A stretch of 64,000 nucleotides of DNA from the NCBI RefSeq assembly GCF_964355755.1, contig NC_092677.1:20544101-20608100 (forward strand), given 5' to 3'. The stretch comes from Antedon mediterranea. Lineage: Eukaryota > Animalia > Echinodermata. Below the pieces are notes generated by a model. It saw only the letters and a list, made by a program, of their open reading frames with translations, was not told where the DNA came from and did no database searches. Below, in pieces: positions 1-11,368 of the stretch (the first letter of the stretch is position 1; every line of letters starts with the position of its first letter). Made by a program: the position numbers and the translations under genes.

Positions 1-580
1 ACTTTTTCACACAAAACATCAAAGTGTACAAAATAGCTTCAAATCGCATTTGGAGACGTTTTAGACAATTTTGTGATTTTCGAAAAAACTTGTTTACATA
101 AAAACACCAAAGTGCTCAGAATAGCTTCCAATCGCATTTGGAGACGTTTTAGACCCTTTTGTGCATTTCGATGAAACTTGGTTACACAAAAACATCAAAG
201 TGCTTAAAATCACAGTAGAGACCGTTTTAGACCATTTTGAGCATTTCGTTAAAATTTTTCACAGAAAAACATCAAAGAGCAAAAAATAGCTTAATATCGT
301 ATTTAAAAACGTTTTAGACCATTTTGAGCATTTCGACAAAACTTTTTCACACAAAACATCAAAGTGTACAGATAAGCTTCAAATCGCATTTGGAGACGTT
401 TTAAACCATTTTGAGCATTTCGATAAAATTTTACACACAAAAACATCAAAGTGCACAAAATAGCTTAATATGGTATTTAAAAACGTTTTAGACCATTTTG
501 AGCATTTCAACAAAACTTTTTCTCACAAAACATCAAAGTGTACAGAATAGCTTCAAATCGCATTTGGAGACGTTTTAGAC

Positions 581-638
581 CATTTTGTGCATTTCGATGA
601 AACTTGGTTACACAAAAACATCAAAGTGCTTAAAATCA
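581..638 (+). repeat. 58-bp truncated monomer (20-bp deletion of the 78-bp class between two CATT copies); recurs dozens of times
   Basis: AAAATCACATTTTGAGC here versus AAAATCACATTAGAAACCGTTTTAGACCATTTTGAGC in the 78-bp monomer at 891-968. Confidence 0.93.
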
Positions 639-812
639 CATTTTGAGCATTTCGTTAAAACTTTTCACACAAAAACATCAAAGTCCACAAAATAGCTTAA
701 TATCGTATTTAAAAACGTTTTAGACCATTTTGAGCATTCCGTCAAAACTTTTTCACACAAAACATCAAAGTGTACAGAATAGCTTTAAATCGCATTTGGA
801 GACGTTTTAGAC

Positions 813-968
813 CATTTTGTAGTTTTCGAAAAAACTTGTTAACATAAAAACACAAAAGAGCTTCAAATCGCATTTGGAGACGTTTTAGACCCTTTTGTGC
901 ATTTCGATGAAACTTGGTTACACAAAAACATCAAAGTGCTTAAAATCACATTAGAAACCGTTTTAGAC
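813..968 (+). repeat. Pair of two different 78-bp deletion monomers (813-890 and 891-968); this pair recurs across the array
   Basis: Monomer starts at 813, 891 and 969. Each is 10 bp shorter than the 88-bp form. Confidence 0.92.
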
Positions 969-1488
969 CATTTTGAGCATTTCGTTAAAACTTTTCACAC
1001 AAAAACATCAAAGTCCACAAAATAGCTTAATATCGTATTTAAAAACGTTTTAGACCATTTTGAGCATTTCGAAAAAACTTTTTCACACAAAACATCAAAG
1101 TTTACAAAATAGCTTCAAATCGCATTTGGAGACGTTTTAGACCATTTTGTGATTTTCGAAAAAACTTGTTAACATAAAAACACCAAAGTGCTCAGAATAC
1201 CTTCAAATCGCATTTTGAGACGTTTTAGACCATTTTGTGATTTTCGAAAAAACAACATAAAAACACCAAAGTGCTCAGAATACCTTCAAATCGCATTTGG
1301 AGACGTTTTAGACCATTTTGTGATTTTCGAAAAAACTTGTTAACATAAAAACACCAAAGTGCTCAGAATACCTTCAAATCGTATTTTGAGACGTTTTAGA
1401 CAATTTTGTGATTTTCGAAAAAACTTGTTAACATAAAAACACCAAAGTGCTTAGAAAAGCTTCAAATCGCATTTGGAGACGTTTTAGA

Positions 1489-4400
1489 CAATTTTGTGAT
1501 TTTCGAAAAAACTTGTTTACATAAAAACACGAAAGTGCTAAGAATAGCTTCCAATCGCATTTGGAGACGTTTTAGACCCTTTTGTGCATTTCGATGAAAC
1601 TTGGTTACACAAAAACATCAAAGTGCTTAAAATCACATTAGAAACCGTTTTAGACCATTTTGAGCATTTCGTTAAAATTTTTCACAGAAAAACATCAAAG
1701 AGCAAAAAATAGCTTAATATCGTATTTAAAAACGTTTTAGACCATTTTGAGCATTTCGACAAAACTTTTTCACACAAAATATCAAAGTGTACAGAATAGC
1801 TTCAAATCGCATTTTGAGACGTTTTAACCCATTTTGAGCATTTCGATAAAATTTTACACACAAAAACATCAAAGTGCACAAAATAGCTTAATATGGTATT
1901 TAAAAACGTTTTAGACCATTTTGAGCAATTCAACAAAACTTTTTCTCACAAAACATCAAAGTGTACAGAATAGCTTCAAATCGCATTTGGAGACGTTTTA
2001 GACCATTTTGTGCATTTCGATGAAACTTGGTTACACAAAAACATCAAAGTGCTTAAAATCACATTTTGAGCATTTCGTTAAAACTTTTCACACAAAAACA
2101 TCAAAGTCCACAAAATAGCTTAATATCGTATTTAAAAACGTTTTAGACCATTTTGAGCATTTCGAAAAAACTTTTCCACACAAAACATCAAAGTTTACAA
2201 AATAGCTTCAAATCGCATTTGGAGACGTTTTAGACCATTTTGTGATTTTCGAAAAAACTTGTTAACATAAAAACACCAAAGTGCTCAGAATACCTTCAAA
2301 TCGCATTTGGAGACGTTTTAGACCCTTTTGTGCATTTCGATGAAACTTGGTTACACAAAAACATCAAAGTGCTTAAAATCACATTAGAAACCGTTTTAGA
2401 CCATTTTGAGCATTTCGTTAAAATTTGTCACAGAAAAACATCAAAGAGCAAAAAATATCTTAATATCGTATTTAAAAACGTTTTAGACCATTTTGAGCAT
2501 TTCGACAAAACTTTTTCACACAAAACATCAAAGTGTACAAAATAGCTTCAAATCGCATTTGGAGACGTTTTAACCCATTTTGAGCATTTCGATAAAATTT
2601 TACACACAAAAACATCAAAGTGCACAAAATAGCTTAATATGGTATTTAAAAACGTTTTAGACCATTTTGAGCATTTCAACAAAACTTTTTCTCACAAAAC
2701 ATCAAAGTGTACAGAATAGCTTCAAATCGCATTTGGAGACGTTTTAGACTTTTTTGTGCATTTCGATGAAACTTGGTTACACAAAAACATCAAAGTGCTT
2801 AAAATCACATTTTGAGCATTTCGTTAAAACTTTTCACACAAAAACATCAAAGTCCACAAAATAGCTTAATATCGTATTTAAAAACGTTTTAGACCATTTT
2901 GAGCATTTCGAAAAAACTTTTCCACACAAAACATCAAAGTTTACAAAATAGCTTCAAATCGCATTTGGAGACGTTTTAGACCATTTTGTGATTTTCGAAA
3001 AAACTTGATAACATAAAAACACCAAAGTGCTCAGAATACCTTCAAATCGTGTTTTGAGACGTTTTAGACCATTTTGTAATTTTCGAAAAAACTTGTTAAC
3101 ATAAAAACACCAAAGTGCTCAGAATACCTTCACATCGCATTTTGAGACGTTTTAGACCATTTTGTGATTTTCGAAAAAACTTGTTAACATAAAAACACCA
3201 AAGTGCTTAGAAAAGCTTGAAATCGCATTTGGAGACGTTTTAGACCATTTTGTGCATTTCGATGAAACTTGGTTACACAAAAACATCAAAGTGCTTAAAA
3301 TCACATTTTGAGCATTTCGTTAAAACTTTTCACACAAAAACATCAAAGAGTAAAAAATAGCTTAATATCGTATTTAAAAACGTTTTAGACCATTTTGAGC
3401 ATTTCGACAAAATTTTTTCACACAAAACATCAAAGTGTACAGAATAGCTTTAAATCGCATTTGGAGACGTTTTAGACCATTTTGTTCATTTCGATGAAAC
3501 AAAAACACAAAAACATCAAATTGCACAAAATGGCTTAATATGATATGGGAAAACGTTTTAGACCATTTTGAACATTTCGTTAAAAGTTTTCACACAAAAA
3601 CATCAAAGTCCACAAAATAGCTTAATATCGTATTTAAAAACGTTTTAGACCATTTTGAGCATTTCGAAAAAACTTTTTCACACAAAACATCAAAGTTTAC
3701 AAAATAGCTTCAAATCGCATTTGGAGACGTTATAGACCATTTTGTGATTTTCGAAAAAACTTGTTAACATAAAAACACCAAAGTGCTCAGAATACCTTCA
3801 AGTCGCATTTTGAGACGTTTTAGACCATTTTGTGATTTTCGAAAAAACTTGTTAACATAAAAACACCAAAGTGCTCAGAATCGTGTTTTGAGACGTTTTA
3901 GACCATTTTGTGATTTTCGAAAAAACTTGTTAACATAAAAACACCAAAGTGCTTAGAAAAGCTTCAAATCGCATTTGGAGACGTTTTAGACCATTTTGTT
4001 CATTTCGATGAAACTTGGTTACACAAAAACATCAAAGAGCACAAAAGATCTTAATATCGTATTTAAAAACGTTTTAGACCATTTTGAGCATTTCGAAAAA
4101 ACTTTTTCACACAAAACATCAAAGTGTACAAAATAGCTTCAAATCGCATTTGGAGACGTTTTAGACAATTTTGTGATTTTCGAAAAAACTTGTTTACATA
4201 AAAACACCAAAGTGCTTAGAAAAGCTTCAAATCGCATTTGGAGACGTTTTAAACCATTTTGTTCATTTCGATGAAACTTGGTTACACAAAAACATCAAAG
4301 AGCACAAAAGTATTTAAAAACGTTTTAGACCATTTTGAGCATTTCGACAAAACTTTTTCACACAAAACATCAAAGTGTACAGAATAGCTTCAAATCGCAT

Positions 4401-7400
4401 TTGGAGACGTTTTAACCCATTTTGAGCATTTCGATAAAATTTTACACACAAAAAACATCAAAGTGCACAAAATAGCTTAATATGGTATTTAAAAACGTTT
4501 TAGACCATTTTGAGCATTTCAACAAAACTTTTTCTCACAAAACATCAAAGTGTACAGAATAGCTTCAAATCGCATTTGGAGACGTTTTAGACCATTTTGT
4601 GCATTTCGATGAAACTTGGTTACACAAAAACATCAAAGTGCTTAAAATCACATTTTGAGCATTTCGTTAAAACTTTTCACACAAAAACATCAAAGTCCAC
4701 AAAATAGCTTAATATCGTATTTAAAAACGTTTTAGACCATTTTGAGCATTTCGAAAAAACTTTTCCACACAAAACATCAAAGTTTACAAAATAGCTTCAA
4801 ATCGCATTTGGAGACGTTTTAGACAATTTTGTGATTTTTGAAAAAACTTGTTTACATAAAAACACGAAAGTGCTAAGAATAGCTTCCAATCGCATTTGGA
4901 GACGTTTTAGACCCTTTTGTGCATTTCGATGAAACTTGGTTACACAAAAACATCAAAGTGCTTAAAATCACATTAGAAACCGTTTTAGACCATTTTGAGC
5001 ATTTCGTTAAAATTTTTCACAGAAAAACATCAAAGAGCAAAAAATAGCTTAATATCGTATTTAAAAACGTTTTAGACCATTTTGAGCATTTCAACAAAAC
5101 TTTTTCACACAAAATATCAAAGTGTACAGAATAGCTTCAAATCGCATTTTGAGACGTTTTAACCCATTTTGAGCATTTCGATAAAATTTTACACACAAAA
5201 ACATCAAAGTGCACAAAATAGCTTAATATGGTATTTAAAAACGTTTTAGACCATTTTGAGCAATTCAACAAAACTTTTTCTCACAAAACATCAAAGTGTA
5301 CAGAATAGCTTCAAATCGCATTTGGAGACGTTTTAGACCATTTTGTGCATTTCGATGAAACTTGGTTACACAAAAACATCAAAGTGCTTAAAATCACATT
5401 TTGAGCATTTCGTTAAAACTTTTCACACAAAAACATCAAAGTCCACAAAATAGCTTAATATCGTATTTAAAAACGTTTTAGACCATTTTGAGCATTTCGA
5501 AAAAACTTTTCCACACAAAACATCAAAGTTTACAAAATAGCTTCAAATCGCATTTGGAGACGTTTTAGACCATTTTGTGATTTTCGAAAAAACTTGTTAA
5601 CATAAAAACACCAAAGTGCTCAGAATACCTTCAAATCGCATTTGGAGACGTTTTAGACCCTTTTGTGCATTTCGATGAAACTTGGTTACACAAAAACATC
5701 AAAGTGCTTAAAATCACATTAGAAACCGTTTTAGACCATTTTGAGCATTTCGTTAAAATTTGTCACAGAAAAACATCAAAGAGCAAAAAATATCTTAATA
5801 TCGTATTTAAAAACGTTTTAGACCATTTTGAGCATTTCGACAAAACTTTTTCACACAAAACATCAAAGTGTACAAAATAGCTTCAAATCGCATTTGGAGA
5901 CGTTTTAACCCATTTTGAGCATTTCGATAAAATTTTACACACAAAAACATCAAAGTGCACAAAATAGCTTAATATGGTATTTAAAAACGTTTTAGACCAT
6001 TTTGAGCATTTCAACAAAACTTTTTCTCACAAAACATCAAAGTGTACAGAATAGCTTCAAATCGCATTTGGAGACGTTTTAGACTTTTTTGTGCATTTCG
6101 ATGAAACTTGGTTACACAAAAACATCAAAGTGCTTAAAATCACATTTTGAGCATTTCGTTAAAACTTTTCACACAGAAACATCAAAGTCCACAAAATAGC
6201 TTAATATCGTATTTAAAAACGTTTTAGACCATTTTGAGCATTTCGAAAAAACTTTTCCACACAAAACATCAAAGTTTACAAAATAGCTTCAAATCGCATT
6301 TGGAGACGTTTTAGACCATTTTGTGATTTTCGAAAAAACTTGATAACATAAAAACACCAAAGTGCTCAGAATACCTTCAAATCGTGTTTTGAGACGTTTT
6401 AGACCATTTTGTAATTTTCGAAAAAACTTGTTAACATAAAAACACCAAAGTGCTCAGAATACCTTCACATCGCATTTTGAGACGTTTTAGACCATTTTGT
6501 GATTTTCGAAAAAACTTGTTAACATAAAAACACCAAAGTGCTTAGAAAAGCTTGAAATCGCATTTGGAGACGTTTTAGACCATTTTGTGCATTTCGATGA
6601 AACTTGGTTACACAAAAACATCAAAGTGCTTAAAATCACATTTTGAGCATTTCGTTAAAACTTTTCACACAAAAACATCAAAGAGTAAAAAATAGCTTAA
6701 TATCGTATTTAAAAACGTTTTAGACCATTTTGAGCATTTCGACAAAATTTTTTCACACAAAACATCAAAGTGTACAGAATAGCTTTAAATCGCATTTGGA
6801 GACGTTTTAGACCATTTTGTTCATTTCGATGAAACAAAAACACAAAAACATCAAATTGCACAAAATGGCTTAATATGATATGGGAAAACGTTTTAGACCA
6901 TTTTGAACATTTCGTTAAAAGTTTTCACACAAAAACATCAAAGTCCACAAAATAGCTTAATATCGTATTTAAAAACGTTTTAGACCATTTTGAGCATTTC
7001 GAAAAAACTTTTTCACACAAAACATCAAAGTTTACAAAATAGCTTCAAATCGCATTTGGAGACGTTATAGACCATTTTGTGATTTTCGAAAAAACTTGTT
7101 AACATAAAAACACCAAAGTGCTCAAAATACCTTCAAATCGCATTTTGAGACGTTTTAGACCATTTTGTGATTTTCGAAAAAACTTGTTAACATAAAAACA
7201 CCAAAGTGCTCAGAATCGTGTTTTGAGACGTTTTAGACCATTTTGTGATTTTCGAAAAAACTTGTTAACATAAAAACACCAAAGTGCTTAGAAAAGCTTC
7301 AAATCGCATTTGGAGACGTTTTAGACCATTTTGTTCATTTCGATGAAACTTGGTTACACAAAAACATCAAAGAGCACAAAAGATCTTAATATCGTATTTA

Positions 7401-9920
7401 AAAACGTTTTAGACCATTTTGAGCATTTCGAAAAAACTTTTTCACACAAAACATCAAAGTGTACAAAATAGCTTCAAATCGCATTTGGAGACGTTTTAGA
7501 CAATTTTGTGATTTTCGAAAAAACTTGATTACATAAAAACACCAAAGTGCTTAGAAAAGCTTCAAATCGCATTTGGAGACGTTTTAAACCATTTTGAGCA
7601 TTTCGACAAAACTTTTTCACACAAAACATCAAAGTGTACAAAATAGCTTCAAATCGCATTTGGAGACGTTTTAACCCATTTTGAGCATTTCGATAAAATT
7701 TTACACACAAAAACATCAAAGTGCACAAAATAGCTTAATATGGTATTTAAAAACGTTTTAGACCATTTTGAGCATTTCAACAAAACTTTTTCTCACAAAA
7801 CATCAAAGTGTACAGAATAGCTTCAAATCGCATTTGGAGACGTTTTAGACTTTTTTGTGCATTTCGATGAAACTTGGTTACACAAAAACATCAAAGTGCT
7901 TAAAATCACATTTTGAGCATTTCGTTAAAACTTTTCACACAAAAACATCAAAGTCCACAAAATAGCTTAATATCGTATTTAAAAACGTTTTAGACCATTT
8001 TGAGCATTTCGAAAAAACTTTTCCACACAAAACATCAAAGTTTACAAAATAGCTTCAAATCGCATTTGGAGACGTTTTAGACCATTTTGTGATTTTCGAA
8101 AAAACTTGATAACATAAAAACACCAAAGTGCTCAGAATACCTTCAAATCGTGTTTTGAGACGTTTTAGACCATTTTGTAATTTTCGAAAAAACTTGTTAA
8201 CATAAAAACACCAAAGTGCTCAGAATACCTTCACATCGCATTTTGAGACGTTTTAGACCATTTTGTGATTTTCGAAAAAACTTGTTAACATAAAAACACC
8301 AAAGTGCTTAGAAAAGCTTGAAATCGCATTTGGAGACGTTTTAGACCATTTTGTGCATTTCGATGAAACTTGGTTACACAAAAACATCAAAGTTCTTAAA
8401 ATCACATTTTGAGCATTTCGTTAAAACTTTTCACACAAAAACATCAAAGAGTAAAAAATAGCTTAATATCGTATTTAAAAACGTTTTAGACCATTTTGAG
8501 CATTTCGACAAAATTTTTTCACACAAAACATCAAAGTGTACAGAATAGCTTTAAATCGCATTTGGAGACGTTTTAGACCATTTTGTTCATTTCGATGAAA
8601 CAAAAACACAAAAACATCAAATTGCACAAAATGGCTTAATATGATATGGGAAAACGTTTTAGACCATTTTGAACATTTCGTTAAAAGTTTTCACACAAAA
8701 ACATCAAAGTCCACAAAATAGCTTAATATCGTATTTAAAAACGTTTTAGACCATTTTGAGCATTTCGAAAAAACTTTTTCACACAAAACATCAAAGTTTA
8801 CAAAATAGCTTCAAATCGCATTTGGAGACGTTATAGACCATTTTGTGATTTTCGAAAAAACTTGTTAACATAAAAACACCAAAGTGCTCAAAATACCTTC
8901 AAATCGCATTTTGAGACGTTTTAGACCATTTTGTGATTTTCGAAAAAACTTGTTAACATAAAAACACCAAAGTGCTCAGAATCGTGTTTTGAGACGTTTT
9001 AGACCATTTTGTGATTTTCGAAAAAACTTGTTAACATAAAAACACCAAAGTGCTTAGAAAAGCTTCAAATCGCATTTGGAGACGTTTTAGACCATTTTGT
9101 TCATTTCGATGAAACTTGGTTACACAAAAACATCAAAGAGCACAAAAGATCTTAATATCGTATTTAAAAACGTTTTAGACCATTTTGAGCATTTCGAAAA
9201 AACTTTTTCACACAAAACATCAAAGTGTACAAAATAGCTTCAAATCGCATTTGGAGACGTTTTAGACAATTTTGTGATTTTCGAAAAAACTTGATTACAT
9301 AAAAACACCAAAGTGCTTAGAAAAGCTTCAAATCGCATTTGGAGACGTTTTAAACCATTTTGTTCATTTCGATGAAACTTGGTTACACAAAAACATCAAA
9401 GAGCACAAAAGTATTTAAAAACGTTTTAGACCATTTTGAGCATTTCGACAAAACTTTTTCACACAAAACATCAAAGTGTACAGAATAGCTTCAAATCGCA
9501 TTTGGAGACGTTTTAACCCATTTTGAGCATTTCGATAAAATTTTACACACAAAAACATCAAAGTGCACAAAATAGCTTAATATGGTATTTAAAAACGTTT
9601 TAGACCATTTTGAGCATTTCAACAAAACTTTTTCTCATAAAACATCAAAGTGTACAGAATAGCTTCAAATCGCATTTGGAGACGTTTTAGACCATTTTGT
9701 GCATTTCGATGAAACTTGGTTACACAAAAACATCAAAGTGCTTAAAATCACATTTTGAGCATTTCGTTAAAACTTTTCACACAAAAACATCAAAGTCCAC
9801 AAAATAGCTTAATATCGTATTTAAAAACGTTTTAGACCATTTTGAGCATTTCGAAAAAACTTTTCCACACAAAACATCAAAGTTTACAAAATAGCTTCAA
9901 ATCGCATTTGGAGACGTTTT
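1489..9920 (+). repeat. 3335-bp tandem duplication whose second copy contains a nested 1766-bp tandem duplication (ends approximate)
   Basis: Identical ORFs at 2330 and 5665 (offset 3335). Rare variants CTTGATTACAT at 7524 and 9290 and AGACTTTTTTG at 6081 and 7847 (offset 1766). Position 4261 aligns to 9362 (offset 5101 = 3335 + 1766). Confidence 0.85.
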
Positions 9921-11280
9921 AGACCATTTTGTGATTTTCGAAAAAACTTGTTAACATAAAAACACCAAAGTGCTCAGAATACCTTCAAATCGTGTTTTGA
10001 GACGTTTTAGACCATTTTGTAATTTTCGAAAAAACTTGTTAACATAAAAACACCAAAGTGCTCAGAATACCTTCACATCGCATTTTGAGACGTTTTAGAC
10101 CATTTTGTGATTTTCGAAAAAACTTGTTAACATAAAAACACCAAAGTGCTTAGAAAAGCTTGAAATCGCATTTGGAGACGTTTTAGACCATTTTGTGCAT
10201 TTCGATGAAACTTGGTTAAAGTGCTTAAAATCACATTTTGAGCATTTCGTTAAAACTTTTCACACAAAAACATCAAAGAGTAAAAAATAGCTTAATATCG
10301 TATTTAAAAACGTTTTAGGCCATTTTGAGCATTTCGACAAAATTTTTTCACACAAAACATCAAAGTGTACAGAATAGCTTTAAATCGCATTTGGAGACGT
10401 TTTAGACCATTTTGTTCATTTCGATGAAACAAAAACACAAAAACATCAAATTGCACAAAATGGCTTAATATGATATGGGAAAACGTTTTAGACCATTTTG
10501 AACATTTCGTTAAAAGTTTTCACAAAAAAACATCAAAGTCCACAAAATAGCTTAATATTGTATTTAAAAACGTTTTAGACCATTTTGAGCATTTCGAAAA
10601 AACTTTTTCACACAAAACATCAAAGTTTACAAAATAGCTTCAAATCGCATTTGGAGACGTTTTAGACCATTTTGTGATTTTCGAAAAAACTTGTTAACAT
10701 AAAAACACCAAAGTGCTCAGAATACCTTCAAATCGCATTTTGAGACGTTTTAGACCATTTTGTGATTTTCGAAAAAACTTGTTAACATAAAAACACCAGA
10801 GTGCTCAGAATACCTTCAAATCGTGTTTTGAGACGTTTTAGACCATTTTGTGATTTTGGAAAAACTTGTTAACATAAAAACACCAAAGTGCTCAGAATAC
10901 CTTCAAATCGCATTTGGAGACGTTTTAGACCATTTTGTGATTTTCGAAAAAACTTGTTAACATAAAAACACCAAAGTGCTCAGAAAAGCTTCAAATCGCA
11001 ATTGGAGACGTTTTAAACCATTTTGTTCATTTCGATGAAACTTGGTTACACAAAAACATCAAATTGCACAAAATGGCTTAATATGGTATGGGAAAACGTT
11101 TTAGACCATTTCGAACATTTCGAGAAAACTTTTTCACACAAAACTTCAAAGTGTACAGAATAGCTTCAAATCGCATTAGAAACCGTTTTAGACCATTTTG
11201 AGCATTTCGAAAAAACTTTTTCACACAAAACATCAAAGTTTACAAAATAGCTTCAAATCGCATTTGGAGACGTTTTAGAC

Positions 11281-11368
11281 CATTTTGTGATTTTCGAAAA
11301 AACTTGTTAACATAAAAACACCAAAGTGCTCAGAATACCTTCAAATCGCATTTTGAGACGTTTTAGAC
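11281..11368 (+). repeat. Representative 88-bp monomer of the commonest class (CATTTTGTGATTTTCGAAAAAACTTGTTAACATAAAAACACCAAAGTGCTCAGAATACCTTCAAATCGCATTTTGAGACGTTTTAGAC)
   Basis: Read directly. This class occurs in runs of 1-7 consecutive copies across the window. Confidence 0.95.
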
